Assembly: GCA_030141605.1 (NCBI GenBank)
Contig: JAQGDQ010000048.1
Coordinates: 806,001-870,000 of the forward strand
From: Tubiluchus corallicola
Taxonomy: Eukaryota > Animalia > Priapulida
DNA length: 64,000 bases
Reading direction: 5' to 3'
Shown: piece by piece, positions 15,274 to 29,229 of the stretch
Layout of the letters: each line of letters begins with the position of its first letter
Numbering within the stretch: position 1 is the stretch's first letter
The notes under the pieces: generated by a model
Database searches by the model: none
Seen by the model: the letters and a program-made list of their open reading frames with translations, nothing else
Told to the model about the DNA's origin: nothing
Position numbers and translations under genes: made by a program

Positions 15274-17069
15274 GTAAGTAGTCGCTTCTGTATACCCGCT
15301 TGGACACCTGACGTTTTGTATGATGTTTTTACATATTTTGCCCAAAATAAATTGCAAATAGCACTGTTAAATTATGCTGTAGGCGATGTGTTAATGGTGC
15401 ACTGGTACAGTTATGCAACATGAAAATACATTTCAAGACGCAAAGATTCTAGAGATTCGTGTGTCTTGTTACGCCACCTTGTTATTTTTTCCTGTAAAAA
15501 TCTTGCAATCAGTAAATATTTGATGAAACCGCAAAGCGTACGCATTGCGGCATTATATTTGTATTATTATAGTTTGTTGTTTTGGCGTTTGCTTAATGTA
15601 TTTAATCAGACGGTCCTGTACCTATTGAATAAAGAAATGAATCCAAGGGGCGGGTCTTTATTAGGTGAGCCCTGTTTTACAGATATCACGTAAACTGGAG
15701 GCGACAAGTGTCGGTTTAGATAAATTTTAATTATTATAGGTTGTGTAAGTTAGAGAATTTTTGTTTTCTAAATAACGTTTTCTTTGTGTTGGAGTTTTAG
15801 ATGAGCGCGTCTTTTTTAGCCTGCCGTTCATCACGCGAGATGACAGTTTTTAATACTGTATAAGAAGAGAAAGCACAACGAGCTTATTAAATATTCACAC
15901 ATCGTCGTTGGCATGTATTTTCATTTGAAATATGATCACCGATGAATAATATACGTGTTAAGTGTGAGATCTCCTCTAAATTACGTGAAAATAGATGATG
16001 TGGTCTCGACATGTTTTGCCGATAGAGAATTTAGTGTTGCTTGTGTTTTTCAGAAGTAAGGAAGGCTTCTGATGTAGTTGCACAACAGTTAATCACAAAA
16101 TTACACTTATAATTTACATTGGTATAAACTGAAGCCAAACTGTACAATTTGTGAAAAGTCGGCAAAAATCGAATAATAAATAAACGTAATTGTTATTTTT
16201 CCATTAATTAGCTATATTTTTTGTGAATCAAGTTTGGAAAATTATGGCAGCTGTGAAAGTAGATGTTGTAATTCTGAATTTCTGCTGAATTTCTAATGCT
16301 GCGCCAAAAAGGCGGCATCCATACAATTAATATAAAAATTGTAAATGCAAGAAATAATAAAGATTTTTTTAATTTTTTTGTGATAAACTATTGGCATCAT
16401 TACGAAATTAGAAGTCGGCTGTGATTTCTGTATGTGACATTAACAGTTTACCTTAACTTGAAATTTATATGGCCAAAAAATCCCGCGAAGCGTTAACACT
16501 TTGCCGGCATGGTAAAATATACAACATATTTATGGTAATATATAAATATGTGAAGAAACCAAACGTAATTCTGCATCATGCATTATAACTCCCACTGTTA
16601 ATTATAACTCCCGATGACCGAACGCGTGCTATTATAGGCGCAGTTTTTAGAGAAAACAAACCAAGAGGCGCCGAAGTGAACAATTTGTTATGATTAGCGT
16701 GTGCATGATATCACACCTTTGACACTGACACGCGCCTCCGCTGAAAAGAGCGCCTCTTTTTGTGTCAGGGAAAAGGTCAAGTCTGCAAAACCAGGAAATG
16801 AAAATAACCCAGCTGATGCATCGTGATGTTGTGATCCTTACAGTAGTGAAGCTGTTAACGTTGGCTTCATTACAAATAAGGTAAAACGTGTAATGGCGTT
16901 TTTTTATTTTCGATTTTTTTGTGTGTGAAAACCCAGGGTCCCTGAAACAACAACCGCACACGGATACTTTGAACCCGAAGTCACCTTACGTTTGTTGTAC
17001 GTTGAAAGAGCTGCCGCATGATGGTTTTATGTCTAATATGCGCAGTCTCATGATGATGACAGGTGACAG

Positions 17070-17195
17070 TGAGAGAAAGAGAGAGGGAGGGAGGGAAGGG
17101 GGAGGGAGGGAGATAGATAAATAAATAGATAGATAGATAGAGTGTGAGAGGGGGAGAACGAGAGAGGGAGAGAGGGAGAGAGACACACACAGAGG
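17070..17195. repeat. GA-rich / (GATA)n low-complexity tract
   Basis: Directly visible. Confidence 0.85.
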
Positions 17196-18797
17196 AGGGG
17201 GTGTGAGTTTCCATGAAAATAATTCGGTGGGTAAGTTATTAAGTTTGCATTAAAAAGTATTGATTTAACATTCCTAGTTAGACCACAACAACATCATAAA
17301 CGGAATTAAAAAGATTAGGTTAGTAAGAATGCTGCTGTGGATTGTTATTATAGGCAATGTTGACTAATTACTATTGATGGATAATCCGCTTAAATCGGCT
17401 TACAGTTCCCACCAGAGCAAAGAACATTGATTGCCCTAATTCCCCGCTAAACGTTTCTTATTTGTCTGGCTTCACGTGGCTATATCCCTTTGTGTTAGAG
17501 ACCTGGCGGCCTTTTGTGTGTTGTAAAGAATCAGTTTTTTCCTATTGCTTCCCAATGAAAAATTAGTTCCTTAATCACACACTATGAGTGGAATGCTCGG
17601 AGTGATTTATCGAGACTCTACAGTCGCCAACCTGAACTGGAAACTCTAACTGTGTAACTATTATTGATTGGCTGATTATAAGGTATTCTTGTGCGAGTTG
17701 CGTTACACAGATTGATAAAAATTTTACAATAAACAGACCTAGCAGTAGAACGGAACAAGGAACATGAAAAAGACTCACTTTCCTCTGGTAATTGGATATT
17801 CAGTAATTGGTTTAATCTACATGTCTTGATCTTGTTCATCCAGTTTAGTTGATTATTATCATTTTGTCCTTGTCCGGTTCTTGTCTGCTGAACTTTCGCC
17901 CGGTAAGGCTAAACAGTTTCGTGTTTCGTTCTTTCTGCCATGAAGCTCATTTAGTTTCAAGAAAATTCAGTTGTTGTGCAAAAGTTACCTCATTTTTCTG
18001 CTCAGTCCCTGACTCGTCCTCGGCACCCCGTATACAAGAAATGAGATTTCTCTGCTTGTATTGAATTCCTTGCCAGAGTGATTATTACTTAGCAAATCGA
18101 CCATCAATCAAAGTTAGGCTGTAATCTACTGTCGCACTGACAATGTCATTATTGTGCATCAGAGCAACTTACATGGTCAGCGCGGAGCATTAATTAAAAC
18201 TGCAGCTTTAATTAAACTAGTCCCGCTTGACGTCATTGTTGTGTCTTTTCGTCATAAGGCGCTTGCCTAAAAGCATATCGCATATTTCACAAGATGTTCA
18301 AGTTCGATAGAAATTTTTGATTTAAATGAGACGAGAACAGCTAAAATAACTTTCCTAAAATCAAGGAAGAGGTAACTAATTACTTGATCGGATGACCAAT
18401 ATTATTATTACATGAATGTTGTATTATATTGTATTGCATTGCGTTGCATTGTGTTGTGTTGCGATGCGATGCGGTGTATTGCATTTGGTTTGCTTTATAT
18501 TATGTGATTTTATATGTAAAAAAGATATGTAAGAGACGTCTAAAAGAAAGGGGGGATACGCAGATCAGTGAGTGGCGACCAAACGAAAAACAAATAAATC
18601 GATGAACGATAAAATGTGCTAGCCTTGGAGAGAATGGATTAATGTATGAGTGAAAAAACGAATAAGTAAGATAACGATTGTGTGAGTGAGCTATTAAATA
18701 AGTGAAGTAAAAGAAAGAGAAAAGGATAGGATTCAGAATGAAGAGAACAGAAATGTGGAAAAGAGAGAGAGATAGAAAGAGGAAGAGACAACGATAA

Positions 18798-18904
18798 ATG
18801 GATGGATGGATGGATGGATGGATGGATGGATGGATGGACGGACGGACGGACGGACGGACGGACGGACGGACGGACGGACGGACGGACGGACAGACAGACA
18901 GACG
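18798..18904. repeat. Compound tetranucleotide microsatellite (GATG)n-(GACG)n-(GACA)n within a purine-rich tract
   Basis: Directly visible; explains the PSVR/PSIH repeats in ORF 18500-19024. Confidence 0.97.
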
Positions 18905-20553
18905 TGAGAGAAAGATGAGAAAAGAGAAATAGACGGAGAGAGAAAGAGAGAGAGAGAGACTGACAGCGGAAGGGGAAGAACTGAAGAAAGAAAACAACGA
19001 CTGGTAAACTAAGCCTATTTGCACAGTTAGTTGTAACAGAAAAGTTTAGGATTTTGGAACAGCTAAAATAACTGTCTTTTTGTTAGCGTTCACAACAGAA
19101 TGAAATTTGGCTTCATCAAGTATGTTTTCTTTAATTTGATTTATTTTATTTGCAAGCTTAGTTTCAAAATATCAAACTCATGCGCCACATTGTATTTGTA
19201 ACGGACGTATCCGTATCTTAAGCTCTTAATTAAGTGTGCAATTGTGCACGGATTATCCTAATTAATAAAGGGTCAATAAAGTGGCCGATGGTCAGTTGTT
19301 TCCTTTGTTTAGACAGTATTGAATTTAATTAGAATCTACGTTGTCAAGTAAATACTCGTGCGTTGATCTTTATTTACTATTCTGATCGCGAGTATTTGCA
19401 TATAGGTGAACTGCCAGATTTATAATGGAACTGGGCAGTAACAAGTTTTAAATTTCAAATACCAAAAGTAGTGATAAAAAGTTATATTTTAATAAAAATT
19501 TTGGTAAACGGACGTTCGCACTTACTGTGCGGCTCTGTGTACAGTTGGAAAAGCTTTCGACGAAAGATAGTTAAAGAGCACACTTTAGTTTTTGTAGCAC
19601 TTCAGAAATTGTGAAATACTGGATAGAATCACCAGTAAATGCTGGCATTTTGCTAAGATTCAATTTAACTACATCGAATGTTTTGCTTAACTCTACAGTT
19701 AATTTATGTGTATAAGTATAAGGCATAAACCATGATATTTGTGTATTTTAATCAATATCTGATCTAAATTATTAATCTAATCTAATCTAATCTATTTTAA
19801 TCTAAATTATGTATTGGTTTGGTAGCTTTGGTTAAGAAAATAATTAGACAGTTTCGTTTATTTATTCCTGAAACCGAAAACTTCTGAACGAATAGTTTGT
19901 GTTTTAGTGAGTCGTAGCCAGATCTGTATTTTTGAATAGGTAAAATTAATTTTTATAATGCAAACTGCAGAATAAAATGCCCAATGTCTGACTATTAACG
20001 ACTACAATGTACCCTACTCTTCTTACAATTCACGCTGTCGTAATGTGTTTTACCGAATGTTTTTAATGTATCGATGCACATATTGGAACATAATGAGGGT
20101 TTTATAGGAATTTATATATATATATATTTCAGTTGTAGTTTTCTTTATAGTGTATTGTAGTTTTCTTAGGTCACTGAAGCCAAGCCATTCAAACGATTCT
20201 AGCAGGCAAAGGTCGCCAAGCAGGAGTCCGAACGTTTCCCTTATATTTTTTAGGCAACTGAAGCCAAACCATTGAACTTGCTACCGGGAGAACGCTAGAA
20301 TACAACTGGCTTTCGTTTTTATTTTGAAGGTCCGTAGGGTCTTTTAATACTCCCAGAATGTGTTGGATTGTCGTACAAAGCTGCCGAAATGTATCCTGCA
20401 ATACTTGGCATGTGGTTAGTGACTAGTGGCAGAAAGTGTCATTACGAGTTGACTTTGATTTGACATAAAATTTCGGTCAAAGGTGGACGGCTCTGTTTTT
20501 ATGAAAAGTGCTACCAACCATTGCTGGGTGCTTTTCAGATTTCAGAAAGCCCG

Positions 20554-20647
20554 TACGAAGACATATTTCATTCATTTCTGTATATATAAATAAATAAATA
20601 AATATATATATATATATATACAGAAATGAATGAAGTATGCCTTCGTA
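20554..20647. repeat. Near-perfect inverted repeat (35-bp arms, AT-rich loop)
   Basis: TACGAAGACATATTTCATTCATTTCTGTATATATA ... TATATATACAGAAATGAATGAAGTATGCCTTCGTA; 33/35 complementary. Confidence 0.85.
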
Positions 20648-21739
20648 TATCATATATATATATATGATACTGGCAGTGGTCGAATCTTTGTTTAATCTTT
20701 TAGCTCATCTGGTAGGATGCTAGACCTACTTAATCCCCAAATTGGCATCATTTCCAGGCGAAACTTTTGTGCTGAAATCTCTGGGCAGATTAAACTCGTC
20801 GTGTTCGAACGCTCCGTAAAGAAATTAGACCAGTTCGATCGCTAATGACCTACCATAAATCATTCAACTTCCATTTGAATAGTTCTTCTTCCATTTAATT
20901 TATGTCTTCTACGATTCATCATTGATGAGAAACAGGGCGTATCTGATTTTCAAAGGGATGCACAGAAGTACAGAGACCAAAAATACTTAGTTTAAACGAA
21001 ACTCATATTTTTTTCTTTCTTCAGCTGAAATTGCATTTAAAACGTTCAAATCTTTCTTCTCTTTTAATCGCATCCTTTTCTTTTCTCGCAACCTTGCGGT
21101 GCTTCTGTCTTCTGAGAATTTTGGGAAGAATTTCATTTCGTTCCATGAGATGATTAAGGAAGTCGTTTAGTCGTTTAAACAAGCTGGATAAGTGTTTTTG
21201 TGAGGATTCTAAAACGGCGCGTTGTGCAAATTTATGTTAAACTGTCTGGGCGCAATGGAAATTTATGCTTCGGGTTGGAATGTGTTGATGTCATGACTGG
21301 TTTTTCACTAAACAGGGGGTGATTTACAGGTACATTGATGTCATCATTTTGTTTATCCCTGATAGTTGTGCAATGTACAATTGTACGTTCACAGATTCAT
21401 ATTACTACAATGAACAATTTTTGGAATTGCCATCCTGCAATGCGTCTCGACTGAATAAAACTGTCAGACTTTTTTCTTTCTGTGACGTGACTATATATGG
21501 CTGAATATGGCAGTTTCACATTTCCAAAATCTGGGCAACAGCGTCACGATGGCCATTTTCGCAATGGTCAGATTTTGGTGTTCGTATTGTAATAGATCTC
21601 GGCTTGTAGTGAAACTACAAAGTCTGACGCCACGAACGTCACGTGATGATTTAACGTGACGTGGTTGCTAATTAGGCTGTTTCTTTCTTTGCCTGAAATT
21701 TCCACTAATTGAGATTTTGATTTTGTCTTTCCTACTATA

Positions 21740-21850
21740 TCTTTCTTACCATATTTTACCTTAACTTTCTTTACCTTGCCCTACCATACTTACTTACCTT
21801 TTCTTACCCTACCTTAACTACCTTGCACTATCTTACCTTGCCTTGCCTTT
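21740..21850. repeat. Degenerate (CTTAC)n pentamer tract upstream of the exon 9 acceptor
   Basis: Repeated cttac/cttgc/ctac units. Confidence 0.7.
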
Positions 21851-21968
21851 TGCTCGATTTGGAGGCAAAAAGTGTTATATCTAAGTAAAGATGCCAAGTC
21901 TGTTGATGAGCAGCTATTGCTATTGCTAAATTCTTTTCCATGTTTCTCCCGAGTCGTTTAACTTATAA

Positions 21969-22067
<99 letters not shown>

Positions 22068-25000
22068 TAAGTGAAGCTTTGCTACTTCAAATTATTTTAA
22101 ATAGGTTCTCAAACGGCTTTAGTCTGTGAATTAATTAGCAATTTAGAAACCAGAATGAGAAATCTTAAATGACTATACACAAACAAAAAACTTAGAGCGA
22201 TCATCCGACCTATTATACACTGGTATATGTATTATACACCAGTAACCTACGTTACTATATACAACCTACATTGAGTCACATAAACTGTCTGTGTTAATCC
22301 GTGTCATGTTGACCAATGACCACTAATTCCACGCCGGCGACTCCTCATAGTGCCAGAACTGTCCTCCGTTGACCTTTGCCTACCACCAGCAGCGTAAGTG
22401 AAACTGAGTAAAGCCATTTAAAGCGTAAACACAAGGTATGTAAATGTTAATATAAGCGTGGCTAGAGTGCTTAGAGTTTACCTAAAGCGGGTCCCGTTTC
22501 AAGCAGACGTTGACTTTCTCATGAGTTAACCAAACACGGGCTTTTTCCCCGCTGCTCCAAAGTTTGTTACAACAAACGCGGTGTGAGTATTCATAGCAAA
22601 CGTGTTCAAATATCAGTTAAAAGTTCAAAAATGAAAGAAAAAACTGATAGGCAAATGTTCAACAACTTGCTAGATTCTGTATAACATTTTTATTCGTTAC
22701 ACTAAAATTACAAATATTTGATATTTTCTTTGACAATTGTGGAATGAGTTATGGATACCCAATAAACGCATAATATTTTACTTACATGCATATGTAAATA
22801 TGTATGCGTATGTGTGTTCAAGCTACAAACGATAACCAATATACTCAAAACTTTTATAGGATATACCAGACAAATGACAAAGGCAATTTGAAAATTTCGT
22901 GTTTCATTGAATGATTCTAAAAGATTACATTATGTTTATATTTAATAGAAAACAAATTAATGCAATTTGGAACTGCTGCACACTTAAAGGCCTGCTTTAG
23001 TACTTCTGAAAGTTTTTTGTGTTTAAATGCTATTTTTGAGTTTTCCTTTCTCGAGGCCAACTAAAAGCAATTAAAAATTTAAAACAAGAATAAATAATGA
23101 GAACATATTCAGTTTTGCGATATGCTTATTGACTTATTACTGCCTAAATGACTCAACTTTGTATTAAAACATGACGTCATATGTGAGGTGGTCCTTGCTT
23201 TGAGGTAAAAAATTATAATGAAGAGGAAAATTACGGTATACAACTATATGTCAGATATTCTCATTAAATATTCCTCTGTCAAATTAAGATTCCTTCTAAT
23301 TGACAATTAGCAAAATTCATCAAGCCGTCTGTCATGTGACAGACATGAATTCTCATTACGCAGCAAATTTCATTAGAATTTGTGTAATTTTCCTGTCAAA
23401 TTTATTTGTAAGCTTGTGCAATTTTGATATCAGTTAGCTTTGACTTACCTTAATTAACTTTTTTCGCCACATGTGCCTTATTAGGTTGGTGGTGAAAATC
23501 ATTAGTTATTGCTGTATGCTTTAGTGATAAAGATGAACAGAAACTATAATTATAATACTTTTGTTATGCCTTTTTGGGTAATATATGGCATCCAAATTGA
23601 TCAGCTCATGCATTTTTGCACAAATTTAATAGTGGACTAAAATGCTTTAATTTTAAATATCATTTATTTCTTAATTTCAGTACTTGAGTTTGTCTAAAAC
23701 TTGTGCAAATTGATAATTACTGATCTTTATCTACATAAGCTTAAACAACAATTTAGTAAAGTATTAAAATTCTTTACATCCGTGAGGTTATTTAGTTAGT
23801 CTTGTGGTATTGCTGTGAAGTAAGCCACTACAGGTTCCTGTAATGTTTATGTACATTATCTGTTTTTGCTGGCGGCATAGTACGGCTATACTTCGCTAAT
23901 CTTTTAAAAGGCGCAAGTTAGCAGTAATCCAAGTTTTTTTAGTTATACATTTACTGGTACGTGACCAGTGATCATTTGTTCTTTATTCTAAAGGTTCAAC
24001 AAATGGTTTTCGTATTATATAGCTACTTTGAACTGTATAGTTTGGCAATGGTAACCATTTAGCAAAGGCAAATAAGCGTGTGTTGTCAGAGATCTTGACT
24101 GAATGCAACTCGATACTAGTTTAATAGCATGCAGACCTAGCGTACACAAACTCTCCTAGCTCAACTTATTTCTACGTATGTAAACTGCCTGTTGAAGTTT
24201 ATTTTTTCACGTTCTGTGCAAATAAACTGAGCCAGCAGCAAGAATTAACGGTTGTTATGTCTTACTAGCGCAGCGGTTAAAGCCATTTCTCCAGCGCGGT
24301 GGCTGGAGAGAGAAAGTTGTTTTTGAAATGCCCTTTGCAAATGGCTTGCGATTTTCAAAGGTTGTGTAAAGTTTGGGGTTGATTTAAAGACTTGTGTTTA
24401 CAGTGAGAAGACAAATACCAAATATAGGCCGGATCGATAATTACAAGCAACTTTTTATGCAAAAGAAATTGATAATTTAATTCTACAGTATTAAACGTCG
24501 AGCGTAAATTTGTCACACTTTGCATGATACGTATGTTTTGGTGATATTTGTTTTAGTTCTGCCTTTTTTATCTGAAACCTAAAAACTTATTAAATATTAA
24601 CGGCTCTTTGCCAGGTCTTATTTCTTGCTGTTTTAATTGTTCAATAAGCTGCGGAACAAATGCAATACTTTATCGTTTCTCCTTGTAAGCGCTATTGCGT
24701 GGTTCTTAGATCGTGGATACCATGGTAGTGGGCGGTAATGGGGGCGTTAAATATATGGAATTCGAGGTGCATTGAAATATGTGCTTGTCCATGCAGTATA
24801 TTAGTTTTAACCTTACCGCAGAAGATGCAGTGAAGTTTCTTTTGGACTTCGTAAGCAACAGTTTTCAATTTACTAATAGCACGTAACATTTACATATATA
24901 CATATCTTACTGATCATGCCAAATTTATATATATGCTCAACAGTCACTCTCAACTAGTTTTACCCACTATTTACGATAAAAACTGATTTTAAGCACTATT

Positions 25001-25672
25001 GTTCTGTTCCTTATCGGTTTTGAGCTCCGTTTCCAGAACGCAACATGAGTGTACCCAATGACGCACCAAGCACAAGGGCTCTATCCCTCCTTTGGTGTGG
25101 GCCTTGATTCCTTCTTTGGCATTTGTCCAAGATTTTTGCGAATTCTTCTGTGCGCCTAGACCTTGGTGCCCACCCTAAACGAGGCAGCTTTATGCCTATT
25201 GCTGCTGACCTCGCAGCTAATGATGTTAAGCTAGCTATAAAACTATCATCGTATAGCAATTAACCTAGACCTGAGCAACCAAAGATCATTAGTGAACACT
25301 AATTAGCTTAAGATGCGCAGTAGTTTCTTATGTTACAAGACGTTAGTGAGGGTGGACCAAAACATCAAGCGAAACGAATCTTTACGTCTTGGTTTTTCTT
25401 ACGTGTCATTCTTGAACATCTACGCCTGAGGTCATTAACTCATTCATTGTTCCACGATTAATTTATTTCTTGTTTTTTGTTTGCGTCTGTGTGAAAATCG
25501 AATCAATTATTAGTTATTTGAAATCAAAAATCAAACTTTACTTTCAGTGTTATTGATTTTGTTTACTTTCAAGATATTTTGACCAGCACCACTGTTATCA
25601 TGATTTTCATCACTTTCTTCATAATCTTTTTCACCAGGAATCATCGTTAGCTTCACAGTTGTCATTATCATA

Positions 25673-25673
<1 letters not shown>

Positions 25674-25730
<57 letters not shown>
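25674..25730. repeat. (CAT)n microsatellite
   Basis: Directly visible; explains the poly-Met ORF at 25531-25782. Confidence 0.97.
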
Positions 25731-28465
25731 CCATTACATCATCATTGTCATTGTCATTGTCTATTATCACCATTGATATCACTCGTCCTTAGGCATACAA
25801 AAGAAACACTAAGATAAAATCCTCCAGCGTACAGTATTGGTAAAATGTGAAGTGGAATTAGTTTGACTTTACCATGCATGCGCATTTCAATAATACGTAG
25901 AGGATTTGGGCTTTGAGAAATTGAATCTATATCTTATGCATGAGAAATTGATTCAGTTCTGTCCTCTAGATGTCATTGCCGATCATTACTTGGTTTAAAT
26001 GTTGCCAAATCGCATGTCTTAAATATCTTCCCGGAAGATGTAATGACGTATCATTATCCGCTTTTACACATTAAATGTTAATTTACGATTTAAATTTACG
26101 CAAGGGCGGTGCCTAGGTCATCTTCTTCTTCGGGGTAAAAGACTCACATGCCAAAATATGAGGTTCGTGCTTTGCGAACATGGTAAAATCTGGGTGGCTA
26201 TGTATTTATCGATTTTTTTGTTCCTATACTTTGTGAATTTTTGACCACGTTGCATGCAAGTTTTACTGTTAATCAGAAGAATTATTTAAACGATAACGTG
26301 TGATGCATCCAACGTGAATTATTGACTAATTTTTCGATTTTAATTTGCCTTTTGTTTAGTGTGGGTTTCGCTGTCTTCAGCGTGAAGAGCAGGGTTTCTT
26401 TTTGATGTCTGGCTGGTGAGAAAAATAGGGGCGGCGTTCCCAAATTTCCGCATAATTTTCTTTGTGGCAGTAACTGATTTGTTGAGGACAAGGTTTTAGG
26501 ACCCTATTATGTTAACTGTTGCAACAATGTCGATGTACAATTACCATAGCTAAGGCAGCCCTGATATCTTTGATTATCACAGATACACAATGACCTAACA
26601 GCTTTCGACGCTCTACTTACGGACCAAATTATAATTTTTATTATAATTTATAAATATAATTAATAATAAGTTTTTGGTGATAGTCAGTCTGATTTTTAGT
26701 AGAAATACCGCGTAATGACTGCGTGGGTAGGACAAGGATTTCCGAAGTCGTGAATTTCAACGTTCCTAAAAACTATAGAACTGCCTTTGTTCTGACTCTC
26801 AAAAGCTCCATCCTGCATGAAACAATGGTTGATCTGTAAAAATTCAAATCTACCATTATGACTCTTTGCACACTCCGTACTTAATACAAGAACCGTCCTA
26901 ATCACATTTTTACGCCCTACTCTTGTGTTTGGTTTGGTATAATTGCTAACGACAAGCACTTTCCTCTGTCTGTTAGTATATGATACGTGTGTAAACAGCA
27001 GAGAATAGGATTTATTTCAAGTGGCTCATCAAACCGTCTATTGCTACAACTGTCAGTTTTGTTGACGTAGAGGAATCCGTATCCTATGTATGAGTAACAT
27101 TGTGACTGGCTTCCTTTAACGGGTTCAACTGGGGCGGATTTAAAGGATGGAAGAAACGACTGCTGACTGAGGTTCGCTTTGAGGAGCCAATTTTACGTGA
27201 ACGATAAATACTCGTTTGGTATTACAACTGTTGTATGTCATTTCAAGCAGCCAACTTCCTAAAAAAAGTCAGGTTGATATTAAATATTAGCTTTAAAGTC
27301 GTTCTGTTGTTAAAGATAAATCATAGACCAAATAAATACACAGTCAGATAAATAGATTAGATAAATATACAGTTTTTACTCAGTGTTTTATATTTTTAAA
27401 TTTCGTTTAGTTATGGCTCTACGCATTTTAACGGTATTTCGGTGATAGACGGAGTCTTTCCGTTCGAGTATGTGTGCATTAATTCTTCTGTTCTTCTAAT
27501 TAATGCAGCTGATAATGTTCAGCGTCCTAGTATCCTTGAGTTTCTGTCCCTGTCAATTTATGTACGTTAGGTTCTCCTCAAATGTTGTAGATAGCTGACA
27601 TTCACCCACTTATGCTTGATTTAGCTGGCATGTTTGACCAGAAGCCCTATCTATGTATTCAAGTATAAATGTCTGTTTGGTTAGATGGCATTAGAAATGA
27701 ATTAACAAATTCCGGATTTGTTTACACAGCCTGTTGTATATTCTGCCCCATCTGCAGGCCAGTATAGAAGTAATAGCTGTGTGTAACATTTCTATATCCC
27801 CGTCAACCGCTTACAGTTTCTGCAGCATTACTAGGCCAATGTAGTAGTATGGATATAACATTGCTATGTCACACTCATTTGTATTTGTGTTTCTTGTGTA
27901 CATTAATAACGTTTCTGCACCGCAGTCAATGGTATTTTCTATTCAGTTTGCAACATATTATCGTAATAAGGATATAATTTTCCTATTTCATGGCCTCTGT
28001 CTATTGCTATAGAACAACGTTTGTAACAGTTTATTAAGGTTTAACAAATATAATAGCAGAACAATGCCACAAGGATGATGGTTAGTAAGATCAAAATTTT
28101 TTAGGCATTACGGGATTGAGCGCGTGACCGGATACAATATGTAGCTAAATGAAGTCATGCAGATGTTACCTATTTTGGCGATGGTTTCTCATTATAGTAG
28201 TACTAAAGCTGAATATCATGTTTCGTTTCGTTAGATGATGCTGTGACATTCTTGAACCATTTTATCATGCATATTTAAGCTTGTTCATTTGTCATTTCTT
28301 TTATTATTATTTACTTTATCGTAAGCTCGAATTACATTGTCTTTTATTTGTTTTATTTACTAAATAAACTAGTTTATGACAAATTTAGGAAGCACACCAA
28401 ATACCAATTTTCTCGCTTTATTTTCTTAAATCTGTTTTAATTAATTTTGTATATATATATTTCAG

Positions 28466-28524
28466 GTTTATAAATGCACGGCGGCGGATAGTACAGCCCA
28501 TGATTGACCAATCAAATCGAGCGG
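28466..28524 (+). CDS. Meis: Meis/hth copy A exon 10 (59 nt): homeodomain helix 3
   Basis: Acceptor atttcag|, donor G|gtaagt; encodes (W)FINARRRIVQPMIDQSNRA(G), with WFIN (Ile50) typical of the MEIS class. Confidence 0.97.
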
Positions 28525-28593
28525 GTAAGTCGCCCTTGGTAACAGTGTTTAAGCGGAAACACCATGCATCCGAGTCACCAGATCAGTCTCCAG
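28525..28593 (+). CDS. Meis: Alternative 5' splice-site extension of copy A exon 10 (exon 10'-like, 23 codons)
   Basis: Read-through of the first donor gives GKSPLVTVFKRKHHASESPDQSP, ending at a second donor CAG|gtaggg in the same phase (69 nt). Resembles the GKSPIVTVFKSRKRK... extension I recall from vertebrate Meis1 isoforms. Confidence 0.7.
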
Positions 28594-29229
28594 GTAGGGA
28601 TCAGCCACATTGTTGATAGAGCTCCCTCTATTTGCAAACATCGGTGACACATGGCAACGACGTGTAACATGTCTGCAAATTTGTAAACATGTAGCTTTTT
28701 TGAGATCTAAGCTTGTTCCCCAAGAATGGGTAAAAATTTAGAATGTTTGTTGTCTAAAACAATGGAAAAGGCTGACCTCTACTTGTTGACATTTGACCTA
28801 GAATAGTCTGTTGATCTGGTTTGCTGTGTAGCATTAGAATGTTTGCATTTGTCAGGGGTTCTAATTCACAGGAAGTCTTGCATGAGTTTGAAGAAGTTAT
28901 CTTCATTTTGTGGCTTTTGTAAGTCACACATAAATTGCCATATTGAAGTTCATATATATATAATACAGAGTTCCAAGTTATCATGTTGTTGGCTTACTCA
29001 ACTATTTAAACGGTTTAAGAATTATCGTGTTTCCCTTTGGTATCTTTGATACAGAAATTTTATTTCGTTAAAATTACCGTTAAATTAAATTACATTTGAT
29101 CAAAGTAAATTAAATTAAAATTAAAATTGAATTGGTAATAGTATCATAATAATTTAAATTTAGCTTATTTAATTACTCTAAGTCTTGACACACTTATTGT
29201 GTATATGGTTTTTAAATCAATAGAGCTAC

